A stretch of DNA of 64,000 bases from Camelus ferus (Eukaryota): NCBI RefSeq assembly GCF_009834535.1, contig NC_045696.1, positions 49,044,001 through 49,108,000 on the forward strand, in the 5' to 3' direction. A program made the position numbers and the translations under genes. This document shows positions 12,292 through 26,739 of this stretch, piece by piece (position 1 is the first letter of the stretch; each line of letters begins with the position of its first letter). The notes beneath the pieces are model-generated. The model saw only the letters and a program-made list of their open reading frames with translations. It was not told the DNA's origin and ran no database searches.

Positions 12292-14135
12292 CTGGGAAAA
12301 GAGAAACTGAGCTACTCTGAAAGACAAATGAATAGACGCAAGTACACAGAAAAAAAAAAAGACTGATTTGTATATTTCATTGTGCAGGAGCTACAGCAGC
12401 CCGAAGGCGTAGACAGGTTTATGAATTTCCTGAGGTCACACACATGATGAGGTTAATAGCAGATCGAATCAATGGATAACTCTACACCTGAAGAAAACCA
12501 TGACAGGTAGGATGACTTTTAGGTATCCTTCAGCCACAAGATGAACCTTGAACATAAAATCCAGATAATCTGAGAAAGCACCACCGAAGATTAGAGGAAA
12601 GAGGGATTCTATGATTTAAGAAATATACAATATCTTGTCTAGTTATTTAATATAAACCACATCAATACCCACTATCAGCCCACACTACCAGAAATGAAAC
12701 TAGGCAAAAAGTAGCTGAAGGTCACAAAGCAATGCAGATTATAAATTATCACTTCCAGGCCCGTTGCTTAGCTACCAAACCAGCCTGTCTGCTTACCCTG
12801 ATACTGCCTGCAGCAGCATCATTTGCAGTTATTTAATTAAACTCGAGCAAATTCTGAAGTAGAGACCAAGAAATTATTATACAGATACAATTAAATGAAA
12901 AACAAAAAAACTCATGAGTGTTTAAGATAAAATCTAAGGCCTGACCTAGAGTCTGAAAGTACTGAAAGGGTAAAATGTGGCTTTAGAGTATTTCTGGTCC
13001 AGGATAGAAATTTCACCAGTAGAACTAGAAGCAAAGGAACAATTGATCATTCACCTGAAAGCAGCTGCCAGACAGCACTAACTCTTTGGTGGTTTTGTGC
13101 TAGAGAAGAGACTGGTTTGTTTCCTGTCTAATAGGAATTGAAAGCTAAGCTGCCAATCTTCTAACCTTGTTGTAAATATACATTATACACATGACCTTGT
13201 GCATCCATCCAAGTGAAATACATACACGCAGAGAATATCGCTCCCAAATATATTTACATACATATACATTTACTGAGATTCCAGTTCCTTGTTTGAGATG
13301 GTAAGAGCCAAGTATTACACAACCGTGGTATAGTTCCTCTCATTACTACATGAGTCAAAAAAAAGGAAAGAAAAAAAAAATAAGTACAATGAAATTGAAA
13401 CAAAAACTGGCAGATGCTTCTCTTGTGTGATTTTTCTTCTAAAGAGGATGAAATGCAGATGCAAATGAAAAGTGAAAGTTTAAATGTGTTTTCGTATAAA
13501 TGTGAGGAGTAAACATGTCAAGCAGCTGAATTAGTTGCATATGTGTTGAGAGAGAAGTGTGATATTATCTGAAGAGCTAAAATTGGAGGTGAGCAATGAC
13601 AATGACAGAGAAACAAACTCTCTAGGTGTTAGTTTCAACATAGGAGATGAGAAACAGAACCGACAGGCTAGAGAGGCGGTAGGTAGGGGGACATTCTGAT
13701 CAAATTATGTTTGGTTGGAGTTTGAAAAGTATGTGGGAAAGTGGGCTAAGTGACTGATAAAGGGAAGGAAAGAGAGAGAAGTTCATTCCAACATACTTTA
13801 ATAAGCAACCAAATAAATATAATTTTAAATTAACTTGCAATGGTGATATTAATACACTGTTAAAAGGACAGATGCAAGCAGAAGATTAGATGAGGAAGAA
13901 GCATACTATTTGGTAACTAAGAGAGAACTAAATATTTATATCATGACATCTAAGTTATCCAAAGTGGTGTCCAGGAAGATGGGGGGGGGGCAGGTCTTCC
14001 AAGTAAGTGAATATTTAGAACAAGGAAAGCTTTAACCCTTTAAGTCCAATTACAAACAATGTAATCATTTTGTTGAAAATCTCACTGAGATACATCACTT
14101 CACCCTGCTCAAATAACGTACACAAAAGGATTTAC

Positions 14136-14422
14136 CCTTTTCTTGATAACACAGAGTGCTTATCATGTGCATCGGGCTGATGTTCCAGATGTTGCATGCA
14201 AATTGGAGACTTCAGACTGAACTCACTGAATTCTTCCCCCCTACTAATCTATTCCAGATGCAGATTTTTAGCATCTCCTCCTATGCGGCAAGTCCAAAGG
14301 TATGGAGAGCAGCCTCTTCACTAAACGTCCTCAGATTGCTTGCTGCTCCAGTTATTTAATGTTTCTTCCTTTATTCCGAGGCTGGCTTCCTAGACATCCT
14401 TTGCTCAATTTCTGGTTGGAAC
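14136..14422 (-). pseudogene. Minus chain exon (...EEFSEFSLKSPICMQHLEHQPDAHDKHSVLSRK)
   Basis: ctttacttgatgttag acceptor; agg|gtaaat donor; stops and at least one frameshift. Confidence 0.5.
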
Positions 14423-15304
14423 CTAACATCAAGTAAAGACTGATAGAGGGAAATTAGTTTTAGTTATTTAATGTCATATTGACTCACAAAGGAAAAATAT
14501 GGTTCTACTTTGCTAAATAGTAAAATGAAGGAGATTCGTGCATGGGCTGTATTCTGATTTAGAGAAATTTGACACTAAATTTTGGTAGTGAAAATTATAT
14601 ACTACTTGACAGTTAAGGGGAGTGAGTGCCTTGGTATTATCACCTTGCTTTCTCTCAACTCTGGCTCTTCCCCCTTACACTCACCCTTGCACAGACTGCC
14701 CACACCCAGCTTTGATCATTTTCCAACTTTTTACATTGACACTTCTGTGCAGGAGCATAAGCTCCAAAGAAGCCCTGCTCTGTAATGTGCTCCAAGATAA
14801 GATATACATAAAAATAGCATTTTTGGAAAACTTGTCACCACCTTGAACACAAAATCTTCTATAGCTCTTACTTCTTGTCCATCTTTCCTTCTTTCAGAAA
14901 GGAGGCAGGAGAGATTAGATGAAGTGAGGTAAGCATTTCCTCCCTTGGGAACCTGATGGCTCAATATCTTAAACTCTTGCTACTATGCTTAACATTCTCT
15001 TTGGATTTAATGTCTTGTATAAGATACAGTCACAGTAAACACAGAATGTGTACCCAAGCTTAATACAAATGACCTGGATGCTTCAAGGGGGGTTTTGTAT
15101 ACTTCCCTCTGAAACTAGTGGGTGTAGATAAGTGACTCCTCTTATTTCAGAGGGAAAGAAAGTTCTAGGTTTATCAATTGGCTTTTTTTTTTTTTGTCTC
15201 ATTATTTAAAAGGGATATGTCTTTCACTCAGCAATCGAAGTTTATTAGGATTGTCTGGATGTAATCATGAAGAATCAGACACAAAGAGTTAGAATGAAAA
15301 GTCC

Positions 15305-17965
15305 TGGGTTTTCTGATACAAAAAGGATGGTGTAGAAGACCATGAATTCACCTCTTCTCACGGACACACTGAATCTATACCTACTTATAGAGTAGTTCTT
15401 CCTAAAGAAGAACTGAGGGCTGATTGAACAGATTCTGCACAACAAATAATGGAGAGACGACATAGAGATGGGTAGGAAAGACAGACATGGTACCAATGGG
15501 AATCCACCCCCAACAAAGTGACCTCCATTAGGGAGGGATATCACTAAGGGGTCAGCTTGTAGACTCATCCACCCTCGGAAATAGTGAAAAAACAGCCATT
15601 CAAAGGGTACCTAGACTATACATGAAGGAAATCCATTTACTAACCCCAGAGCATCTGCCATACAAGTGGAGAACTGCTGGAACTCTCTCTGGGGTCAAAG
15701 GTGCCAGAGAGCACCATTTTTTGCATTCCCCCTCCACCTCGATAGCATGGTGAGAATATGGTCCATACTCAAGCCAGTCTGCCAAGGCTGCCCCAGTGCA
15801 ACCCAGGCCCTTGGCCAACACTAACTATAGCAATCCCCCAAACATGGCCCTAGCATGGGGCACCCCCAGAACCCATGCCTGTATCTGCTCCAGCTCTAGC
15901 TATTTCACTAGGGTGTCTGTGACATGGAGAACCCAAGAATCCCCCATCATGCACCTGCTCCAGCTTCAGCCATCCTGCAAGGACGGCCCTGGTGCAGTGC
16001 AACCCAGGACCTCCATGGCCCACACCCACTCCATCTCCAGCTAGCCTGTTAAAACTGCCCAGGACATACAGTCTACACAGGGGATGCTCAAACTGAAAAT
16101 CACATTTTCAAAACTGGGGGACATAGCTGTTTCACCTAATTCATACAAACACGGAAGTCAAACAAAACAAGGAGACAGAGAATTACATTCCAAATGAAAG
16201 AAGATAAAAAATCCCAGGGAAAAACTCTAAGGAAACAAAGGTAAATAATTTACCTGATAAAAGAGTTCAAAATAATGGTAATAAAGATGCTCACCAAACT
16301 TGGGAGAAGAATGAATGAAGACAATGAGAATTTCAACAAAGAGCTGGAAAATATAAGAAAGAACTAACTGAAGTTTAGGAATACAATAAATGAAATGAAA
16401 AATATGCTAGGGAGAATCAACAGAAGATTAGATGATACAGAAGAACAAATTAGCGACCTGGAAGACAAATAGTGGAAATTATCCAATCAGAACATCAAAA
16501 ATAAAAAATAATTTTAAAATGAGGATATTTTAAGGGACCTCTGGGACATCAGTGTACTAACATTTGCATTATATGGATTCTAAAGGGAGAAGAGAGAACG
16601 AGGCAGAAAACTTATCTTAAAAAATGATGGCTGTTGCTTGCAAATCAATGAAGTTAGAATACTCCCTTACAGCATACACAAAAATAAATTCAAAATGGCT
16701 TAAAGACTTAAACATAAGACAAGACACTATAAACCTCCTAGAAGAAAACATAGGCAAAAACATTCACTGACAAAAATCTTAACAATGTTCTCCTTGGGCA
16801 GTCTACCCAGGCAACAGAAATAAAAGCAAAAAAAACCAAATGGGGCCTAATAAAAATCATAAGTTTTTTAACATCAAAGGAAACCATAAGCAAAACAAAA
16901 CAACAACCTACAGAATGGGAGAAAATATTTGCAAATTATGGACAAAGGTTTGATTTCCAGAATATATAAATAGCTCATACAACTTAATAACGTAAAACAA
17001 ACAACACAATCCAAAAATGGGTAGAAGACCTGAACAAGCAATTCTCCAATAAAGACATACAAATGGCCAATAGGCACATGAAAAAATGCTCAGTATCGTT
17101 AATTATAGAGAAATGCAAATCAAAACTACAATGAGGTATCTATCACCTCACACCAGCAGAATGGCCACCATTAAAAAGTCCACAAACAATAAATGCTGGA
17201 GAGGGTGTGGAGAAAAGGGAATCCTCCTACACTGTTGGTGGGAATGTAGTTTTATGTAGCCACTATGGAAAACAATATGGAGATTCCTCAAAAAACTAAA
17301 AATAGATTTACTACATGATCCAGCAATCCCATTCTTGGGCATACATCTACAGGGAATTGTAATTTGAAAAGATACCCTCAATGTTCATAGTAGCACTATA
17401 TACAATAGCCAAGACAGGAAACAACCTAAATGTCCATCGACAGATGACTGGATAAGGAAGCTGTAGTATATTTATACAATGGAATAGTACTCAGCCATAA
17501 AAAAGAATAAAATGATGTTTGCAGCAATATGGATGGAACTAGAGGGTATAATGCTAAGTAAAATAAGTCAGATAAAGAATGATAAATACCTTATGATTCA
17601 CTTATATATGGAATCTAAAAAAAAAAAAAAACAATGAACAGACATAACAAAACAGAAATAGGCTCATAAATACAAAGATCAAACTAGTGCTTGCCAGAGG
17701 GGAAGGGGTCGGGGGTGGATAAGTGAAATAGGTAAAAGGGATTAAAAGATACAAACTTCCAACTACAAAATAAGTAAGTCAAGAGGCTTTGATATATGGC
17801 ATGGGAAATATAGTTAATAATATTGTAATAACTTTGTATGGTGACAGATGGTAACTAGACTTATCCTGGTGATCATTTCATAAGGCATAAAAATATCAAA
17901 TCACTATGTTGTACATGTGAAACTAATATAATACTGTAAGTCAACTATACTTCAATTTTAAAAAG
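15305..17965 (+). mobile_element. L1 with a large internal deletion (5'UTR, partial ORF1, ORF2 C-terminus, 3'UTR)
   Basis: ORF1-like 16150-16630 joined directly to the ORF2 3' region; ends gtcaactatacttcaattttaaaaa. Confidence 0.9.
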
Positions 17966-18659
17966 GGTAAAAAATCTTACTGCCTTAAGAACTAGACATG
18001 AGAATCTGAAAGTCCCTCCAACTAAACGGATGACATGAAACTAGAAGAAGGCAGCATGAGTGAGCAAAAAGAAGGCTAGACAACAAAAAGCAAGAATTAT
18101 ATACTGACCTAGAATCAGACTAGAGAAATACTATGTATTCCTGAAAAAGCAGTTGGTGGTCAAAGGATAAACTATCCTTATATGATATGTTTGTTTCCCA
18201 AGTGACCAAAAACAAGATGCCTCCATCTTCAAGTTCTCCAGTTTTTTGGGGTTACTCTTCCTGTAGTTTATATTTTAAGTAGCTCAAGCCTTCATTCTAC
18301 ATAATTCTCAGAGGATTTTATACATTTCACAAGAATTCTGAGAACTAGTAGGGTCAAATGTTATGCTCACCTCATCCTGCTTCATAACAAAAACAACAAC
18401 CTAAAATCAAGTATTACACCTGTGTTTTTAAAGTCCTTCAACCAACCTCTATTCTTCCCTCCCTGTTATCATGGAAATTTCTCATTGGAAAGGTTTTCCT
18501 CACAATGTCCTGCTTCCTAACACACTGGTGCATCACCCAGCATATGCATCCTTACATCTCACCTTTTTTTGTGTCCCTAACCTCCCAGGCTACCTGAGTA
18601 ACCTCCAGATTTTCTTCTGTGCAAAGTTATGCAGTGCTCAGTTTCGTCTTCTATTTCAC

Positions 18660-19070
18660 AATAGTGATTGCACATTGGAACTACCTGAGAAGTATATAGC
18701 ATACTAAAGTCCAGGTCCCACCCTATACCAAATGAATTAGAGCTGCTGTGGCTAAGACCAGAATATCATTATATTTTAAAAGCTCCTCAAGTGTTTCTAA
18801 TGCAGAGCCATAATTGAAAACTTTTTTTCTAGCCCAGTGCTTCTGGAGCTTTAATGTGCATAGAAACCACCAAGAGATCTTGTTAAAATGCAGATTCTGA
18901 TTCAGTAGACCTGAAGTGGGGGCCAAAGATTCTGTATTTCTAATAAGCACAGTACCACACTTTGAGTAGCAAGATTCTAGACCAGTGGTTTCCAAACTTG
19001 TGGCACACTAGAATCACCTGGGGAGCTTTAAAAACTGATGCCTGGACCCTAGCCCCAGCCACCAAGATTT
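18660..19070. mobile_element. Three adjacent MER5-family (hAT-Charlie) elements
   Basis: Repeated cagtg..tt starts after ctag sites at about 18830 and 18977; gttaaaatgcagattctgattcagtag core. Confidence 0.75.
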
Positions 19071-20469
19071 TTAAAGTATCATAGGAGCTTCCAAACCCAT
19101 TTTAGGCCATGAATGCAGGAAGAGTGAGTCTGTCGTATCTGTCATCTCTTCCATTTCCAAACCAAAGTCATCTCTCCAAAATGAATCTAGTTGCTCCCCT
19201 TGTATGCAAAAGCTTTGGTAGTTGGCTTTTATATTAAACAGCGTTCTTTCATCCCAGTTAAAGATGTTGTGTGTCTAGGACAACTATTTAATAAATAAGT
19301 ATTAGATATTGTCAAAAGACTTTTATTTGCAAAGACCCAATACAATAATACCTGTAAGTATTATCTTTAGCAGGCATTTCTAAAACCAGCTGTACTTTTT
19401 CAGCCATCAGGTCTCAATAATAAGACCAATAGGAGATTGTGCTATAACTGGTGTCCTGATATGGGCTCTTTATAAAATTGGTACTTAAATAAGAGTGTCA
19501 AAGTCTTACCCTGGAGGGTAGTCAATGGGTTATTCAAGATAATCACTGGTGAGTTTATATGGGGAGTCAGTTGTTGACTACAGCACTGGCTTTACAGCCA
19601 GATACTCCTGTGTTAAAATTCTCTCTTTTATCTCTGAGCTCATTTTTCCATCTATATATAAGAATTAGAATAATTAAGCCTGCATGACACACACACACAC
19701 ATACACCATATATACGGAAAGAAAGAAAGAATTTAAAGAGAAATATAACCTGGTCCATAACCCTGTGCTCAATGAAAGTTAGCATCCTTCCTTTGCATAT
19801 CACCCCAACCAGTTGTAATCATAGTTGGTAAGTAAGATTTTTCAAATGTCAGTACTTTCGTAGCTTGATTTTATTTTTCATTCTAATCTTAACTCAAAGG
19901 AACACTAAAAAGCAGAAGCGTATACTAGATGTTGTAAAGAGGTGTGAGAGAAGTAGATATGTTTTCCACATTTGATAAATATATCACTTAACGGCTTACA
20001 GGGTAAACATAAATATATGAATATATAAAAACACATAGTAAAACACACAGCTAGTTTCAGCTGTGCAAAGAATCAGACATGAGGTCTGAACTGTTGCTGA
20101 GAGACCAGGCCCGGGAGCCATCTATCTGTGAAAGCTGCATAAAAATGATGAGTCTTTCTAGAATTTTTAAGCCACAAAGGAAGGGCCTTGGTGAGACAGA
20201 AAAGGGAGAGAGGGCAAGCAGAACAAAGAAGACTAGCATTTACGCAGAGTCGCTGGCAGTGTTCAGTGGCAACACAATCCCATCAAGAAAACTTTACAGA
20301 TCAGGATTTAAGGACCTATATTTTTAAATGACTGAATATAAAATGAATTAGATTTTTTAAACTTTAGGTTCAAAGGTACTACGGGATTCTCTCTTTTCTT
20401 CTCTGACAATTCTGTAGTGTTATATACAAAAGAGACATAGTTCAAGGGACTTAAAGGGTATCCTGTTAC

Positions 20470-20571
20470 CTTGAAGATCAGTCTGATCTGCAATTGCCTT
20501 GCTGTTGTGTGTTCTTTCTCCCGAAACTCCCTTTGAATAGTTTTCACCTCAGAGTACTTTTAAGCATTTTC
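20470..20571 (-). pseudogene. Minus chain exon (KMLKSTLR*KLFKGSFGRK...)
   Basis: atttcactttag acceptor; aag|gtaaca donor; 102 nt; stops in all three frames. Confidence 0.55.
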
Positions 20572-21319
20572 CTAAAGTGAAATGTGTGTTTGTCATGTGT
20601 ATTTGGCAGGAAGGACAGGAAAGCAGATAAAGCTTTTATTGTACTTGATACTCCGACAATTTGAGTATCATTCACATACAATGAGATGGCTAAATCTTAT
20701 GCAGTAAATAATAGCTGTACCATCCTCTCCTACAGGGTTCCATTCTTGTGTAACCAGACGATGTAAATGTACAGACCAAAAAGTCAGCAGTCTCACCATG
20801 TATTAGCAATGTTAAATTGATCAAATATCTTTTAAGATTACAGGTAAATGGATGCCACGATATGAGAGCTGGGATGGCCAGCAGGTTTTCTGGCACTGTT
20901 CAGCACTATTCTGAGCTCAGCTGTCTTTTCAACATTTTTCTGTCTTTCTTCTACTTTTTAAAAATCATCTATCAAGGGTACTTGAAAACAAGGATGATTG
21001 CAATATCCAACTCTTTTACTACATTTTGCTACTCTAAAGAGTCAAGAATCTCTATTCCAGCTTCTTAGATATAGAGCCTTAAATAGGTGTATATTCTCTA
21101 CCAGAAATGGAACAAGACTTTTCAGTTTGGGAGCACTCCAATAGCCAAGTGCTATGAATAGAACAACAGTATAGATTGGCTGTCCTGTTTGTGTCCTTAT
21201 GGCTTCAATATCCTGCTTCAATTCTATACTCAAGGTGTGGTGGTTCAATATGTAAGTTCCATGTAATCTCACACTAAGTACACAACAATAAAATGATAGA
21301 AAATCTACAATACTTAAAC

Positions 21320-21363
21320 CTATCATTCAGCTGAGGCTGCAAGGCAACAAACTGATCAGAAAT
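21320..21363 (-). pseudogene. Minus chain exon (ISDQFVALQPQLND)
   Basis: Poly-T-AG acceptor; donor tag|gtttaa; 44 nt, open, phase 0 to 2. Confidence 0.5.
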
Positions 21364-21499
21364 CTAAAAAAAAAAAAAATGCACTCCAAGGATAGATGGA
21401 AAGCAAGAATTTGATGACTTGGGGAAGATGCTGCTGGATACATGTAATAAGAATTCATCTAAAATATTTAAAGAATTGCTGCAGGCCAACTGTTGGCTA

Positions 21500-24400
21500 G
21501 CCAGAGAATAAAGCACCTGAGGGCGGCACACACAGGGGCACTTGCTCCCACTTGCAGACCCACTGTGCACAGACCTTGCTAAATGCTCACAAAAACACTG
21601 GTGAGAAGACTAATTAAGCCTGCTGAGATGCAGTCCTGGTGAAGGAACAGTCTCTACCGCAAAAGCATACTCCACTTGGATCCTTTTCTCCTATCTCCCC
21701 TACGATAAAAGACCTTCAACTGTTGAAGAAGAGAAACAAGCCCTTTCTCCCTTCCCTTTGGGCTCCGTTGAAACCCACTGTAGCTAAGAGGCTGGAATAG
21801 AAAAAAACTCTCTACCTTTAGGGGAGGGGCAGGAACAAGTGCTGGGCCCAGACCATGAAACCTCTTCTCCAGCTGGGTGAGCAACAATATCATGAGAAGA
21901 TCTCACTCCCATGACTCAAGTTGCAAAACATGCCTAAAACTAAATCTTAATCAAAACAACAGAGACTACTCCACCACAACCAAACACACACACGCAATCA
22001 TCATGCAACCAAAGGTGAGTAGCAAGGAACACTGGTCCACTTTGGGGAAAAGAGCAAGACCACGGAAGATCTCTCGAAGGGAAGATCCAAAGCAGAAGGT
22101 GGAGAGCAGCCATCAGAAAAACCTGACAAACCAGCCTCCACCCTGAGCAGAAGGTAATGCTAAAGGATTCAGAGTTGGCATTGCACAGAAGGTATCCATG
22201 GCAACAATAAAATGCAAATAGAGTTCAACTCCTGACTTAACTGACCCAACCTCCCCTACACTAAAGGCCTAACAGAAGAAAGATGTTGTGTCATCTTCAG
22301 GCATAAAAATTATTTATCTCAGTCTTTGCTATCCTACACAAGATGTTCAAATGCCTACAAAAAATTAGGAGGCATCCATCAAAGTAAATAAAAAACAATG
22401 CATTGTCAAAAAATAAAGCAATAAAGATACCCAATCTCAGATATGATATAGCTGTTGAAAATAACAGACTAGGAATTAAAAATAGCTGTGATTACTATAT
22501 AAAAGACTCTTATGTAAAAGGTAGACCACATGTAAAGTCAGACGGTAATTTCAGTAGAGAAGCTAAAACCATAACAAAAATATCACAGAGATGCTAGAAA
22601 TAAAAATATAATAACATGCATAAAGAATGCCTTCAATGGGCTCAACAACAGACTTGACTCAGCAGAGAACAGAATAAGTGAAATTTAAGATAAGTCAAAA
22701 GAATTAACAAAATGAAACAAAGAAGAAAATGGCTAAAACAAAATGAACAGAGAATCCAAGAGCCATGGAACACTATCAGTCTAACATGTATGTAACCAAA
22801 ATGTCAAAGGAGAGAGAGGACAGGGCAGGAAGGAACATTTAAAGAAACAAAGGCTGAGAAGTTTCCCAAATTAATGACAAACATCCAACTACAGATCCAA
22901 GAAGCTCAGAAATCACCAAGCAGGGTAAATACAAAAATACAAAAGAAAACAACTACATATATCATATTAAAACTGTTGAAAACCAAAGAAAAAGAGAAAA
23001 ATCTTGAACACGGTCAGATGGGAAAAAAGATACATTATATACAGATGAACAAAGTTAAGAACTACAGCAAATTTCTCATCAGAAACAATACAGGGAAGAA
23101 AAAAGTTAAGTGTCACTTTAACAGTGCTGAAAGAAAAACTCTTATCCATAATTCTAAACCCAGTGAAATTTTTATCAAAATAAAGGAGAAATAAAACTTT
23201 CCTCAGATAAATAAAGTCAGAGAGAATTAACAGCCAGCAGACCTGCACTATACCACATGTTAAGAAAGTTCTTCAGACAGAAGGCATATGATACCAATCA
23301 CAAACTTGGATGTACAAATAAATCAAGAACACTAGAAATTGAATAATAAATAAAAATATAATATGCACTTTATTTTTTCTTATTTTTCATTGCTTTAAGT
23401 GATAAATGACTGCCTAAAGCAAAAATAGTAGCAATCTATTGTATGCTTATAGCATATGTTAAAAATAAAATGTATGACAATAACACGATGAGAGAGAGAG
23501 ATTGGGGACATACTGTTGTAAAGTCCTTCACTACATGCAAAGTGCTGTAATACAGACTCTGACTACACTGTAACTGCTAGGGCAACCATTAAACATTCTT
23601 TAAGAAAGATAAAAAAAATAATAAGCCAACAATGATTTTAAAACAGATTTATAAAAATAGTCTAAAATAAGAAAGAAAAAGAGGTAAAAATAAATGGAAA
23701 GTAATAAATAGAAAACAACTGGCAAAATGATAGATATTGGTCCAATCATCTAAATAATTTCATTAAATGTAAAGGGTCCAAACACATCTATTTAAAAGAT
23801 AAACTGTCATATTAGATTAAAAAAAAAGCACAATACAACTATATGCTGATTACAAGATATTCACTATAAATATAAAGCCACAGGTGGATTAAAGGTAAAG
23901 GATAGAGAAAGATATATAACGCAAATGCTAAAGGTGGACTCTAAAAAAAAAAAAAGACAAATGAATTTACATTTAAAACAGAAACAGACTCACAGACATA
24001 GGATACAGACTCGTGGGTGCCAAGGTGGGGGTGGGAAGGGATAAGCTGGGAGTTCGAGATTTGCAGATACTGACTGGTATATATAAAACAGATAAATAAG
24101 TTTATACTGTATAGCACAGGGAAATATATTCAATATCTTGTAGTAGCTCATGGTGAAAAAGAATATGAAAATGAATATATGTATATTCATGTATGACTGA
24201 AGAATTATGGGGTATACCAGAAACTGACACAACATTGTAAACTGACTAACCCTCAATAAAAAAAATTTTTTTAATTAAAAAAAAAAGATAGAAATCTGGA
24301 GCAACTATATTAATACCGAAGTAGACGTGAGGACAAAAAATATTATCAGGGATGAAGAGAAATATTAAATAACAATAAAAGGTTAATTCTCCAAGAAGAC

Positions 24401-24720
24401 ATAATAATCCAAAATGTTTATGCACTTAACAACACATCTAAAAATACACAAGGCAAAAACTAATACAAATGAAAAGAGAAATAAACAAATCCACAATTAC
24501 AGTTGGGGATTTATGCCTCTCATTATTTGAAAGAATAATTAAACAAAGAATCAATAAAGATACAAAAGACCTCATTTATATTTATACAATACACTACCAA
24601 ATAACAGCAAAATACACGATTTTCAAAAGCACATGGAACATTCACCAAGATAGGTGATGTTCTGGGTAATTTAACAAATACAGAAGAATTAAGTTATACA
24701 AATTAGATCCTTAAACCTCA
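21500..24720 (+). mobile_element. Ancient L1M (5' region, ORF1, start of ORF2)
   Basis: ORF1-like 22874-23194 (LQIQEAQKSPSR...IILKLLKTKEKEK); endonuclease-like remnant 24300-24660. Confidence 0.85.
23935..24288 (+). mobile_element. Young 5'-truncated L1 3'UTR inserted in the old L1M
   Basis: Related to 46500-46840; ends cacaacattgtaaactgactaaccctcaataaaa plus an A-rich tail. Confidence 0.9.
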
Positions 24721-25380
24721 CATATAATCAAAGAAATGCAATTAACAATAAAGATAATAAAAATGAATAAATAAAGATAATACTTTTACCTACTCACTTG
24801 GAAATGATTTTTTAATATTAAAATGCAATTTTGAAAAGATTGCTAGAAAACACACACACAGATACATTATATACAGATGAACAAAGTGTGCACTAATACA
24901 ACCATTCAAGAGAATTTATCAGACAATTACAAACCTTCAGTTTTGCAAAATTTGGCTTAGAAATACACCCTGTAAGAACTAATTCTAAATAAATCATAAG
25001 TATATGTACAAAAATATGTATAAGAATTGTCTTCCAGTATTAAGTATTACTTACAATAGTTAAAACTGGAAATAATTTAAATATGTATCAATATATTAAC
25101 TCATTACAAATAAATACCATTCATTAGGCCATGAAAGAAAGCAAAAAAAATGAAACAATTGAGAGTAACATTTTGTGTTAGTGGTTGTTTGTATTTCTTT
25201 GCTTACATTTTAGGGTAGGGGAAATTTCATAAAATGTTTAAGTCTAGGAGAAAGTAAATTTCAAAAAAAAAGGTGGTTAAAAAATGCAGGAGAGAGTGGT
25301 TGCTTAGACAAGGCCCCCAAAAAGATGGAGTTTATAGGATCCTAGGCACAAAAAGTAGACCAGTCTTGAAAATGAAAAGA

Positions 25381-25477
25381 GGAGTTAGGGTTTTTCGAGC
25401 ATGATCAGCTCATCCTCCTTGCGTGGCCCTGCAATAGATTTTTCTGTGCTCCAAACAAAAAAAAAAAAAAAAAAAAA
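25381..25477 (+). mobile_element. Polyadenylated ERV LTR U3/R fragment (retroposed)
   Basis: ggagttagggtttttcgagcat...ctccttgcgtggccctgcaataga, then 18 nt, then A21. Confidence 0.6.
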
Positions 25478-25948
25478 GAAGAGAAGAAACATTTTTTTTG
25501 AAATAGGAAAAATTAGAAGATAAATAAAACTGCAAAGACAGTTTAGATGATGCATAAAACCACAAAGATAGTTTAGAAGGAAATAAAGTTGGGAAATTTC
25601 ATAATGAATATGTACAATTTCCTTAGTTAAGAGTTAATCAGTTGTGTCTATTCACAGTTAAACAATCAGGGATGAGTATACAAACTTGGCAGAGCAAAAG
25701 AAGATCTGTATGGCCAAATGCATAAAAATGAAAAGGTGTCAACTTAGATGAATAAAGGATTACTGAAGAACTATGAGGCACATCTACAACTACAGAGAAA
25801 CCCAGTAATAGAGTAATCAATATGGCCATGTCACTTTCTCCAGATTCATTCTGCAGTATGGAAGCAGGATCAGAATTGAGATTAAAAATTAACTTGTTTT
25901 CTCCACTAATGCCTGTAAAAGATTTTAAATTCCATAGGTGAGTTACAC

Positions 25949-26100
25949 CATAGGGGAAAAAAGGAATGTATTTAAGTGTTTTTTATTTTGGAATAGCATA
26001 GAAATATACTGTTTGCTGGGTTGGATTCTTCTTTTATTCATTATATAATTCATCTTGTCTTTAACAAGAAAACCTTTTCTCATGTTGTGAATGAGGCTCA
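25949..26100 (-). pseudogene. Minus chain exon (VSLIHNMRKGFLVKDKMNY...FSPM)
   Basis: Acceptor cctacttttaaag; open frame, phase 1 to 0; weak donor atg|gtgtaa. Confidence 0.35.
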
Positions 26101-26504
26101 CTTTAAAAGTAGGTGTGTCACATATCTGAGACATATTTGAATTCGCATGTCTTGACTAACTATAGGTGGTATCAGCAGAAGCCAGCATTTTCACATATAA
26201 TTCTTTTAAATCCAAAATTTTTCCTTATCTATGGCTAGGAAAACAAGGCATTAAAAAAACAGTTCCTTCACATTACCTCAAAAGATCTTTAATTAGCATA
26301 AAAGTAGCTATATAAAATGTCAGTGTGCTACTTTGAGTCTTCTTGCTTCTACAAACACCATATTCAATCATGATTCTGAATCATCCTCACTGATTACCAA
26401 ACCCAGTTGTATCTTTCTGTTTGGAATCTTCCACTGCTTCCTGACGTCTTACACATTCAAAATTCTTCACTTGGTATCGTCTTTCTTATCTAAAGTTACC
26501 TTAC

Positions 26505-26518
26505 CTATTCTTTGTCCC
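26505..26518 (-). pseudogene. Minus chain, candidate 14-nt microexon (RGQRI)
   Basis: ctttcttctag|gggacaaagaatag|gtaagg; supplies the phase needed to join the neighbouring exons. Confidence 0.3.
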
Positions 26519-26739
26519 CTAGAAGAAAGCCAAGATTGTGATTTGCTCATCATGGCATAAAAGTTGCATGGTAAAACTTTAATAAACATAATGTAAACAA
26601 AAATTTTAAACACTCAAGAAAATCATATGCAGGTTGGTCTTCTCTTGTTCAAGGCTTGTATATGTTTAGATGATAAATCTTTGCTTGGGATCCTTCCTGG
26701 CTCTGTGAAAAAACTGGTGGTTAAAAAGTACAGCCAAGA

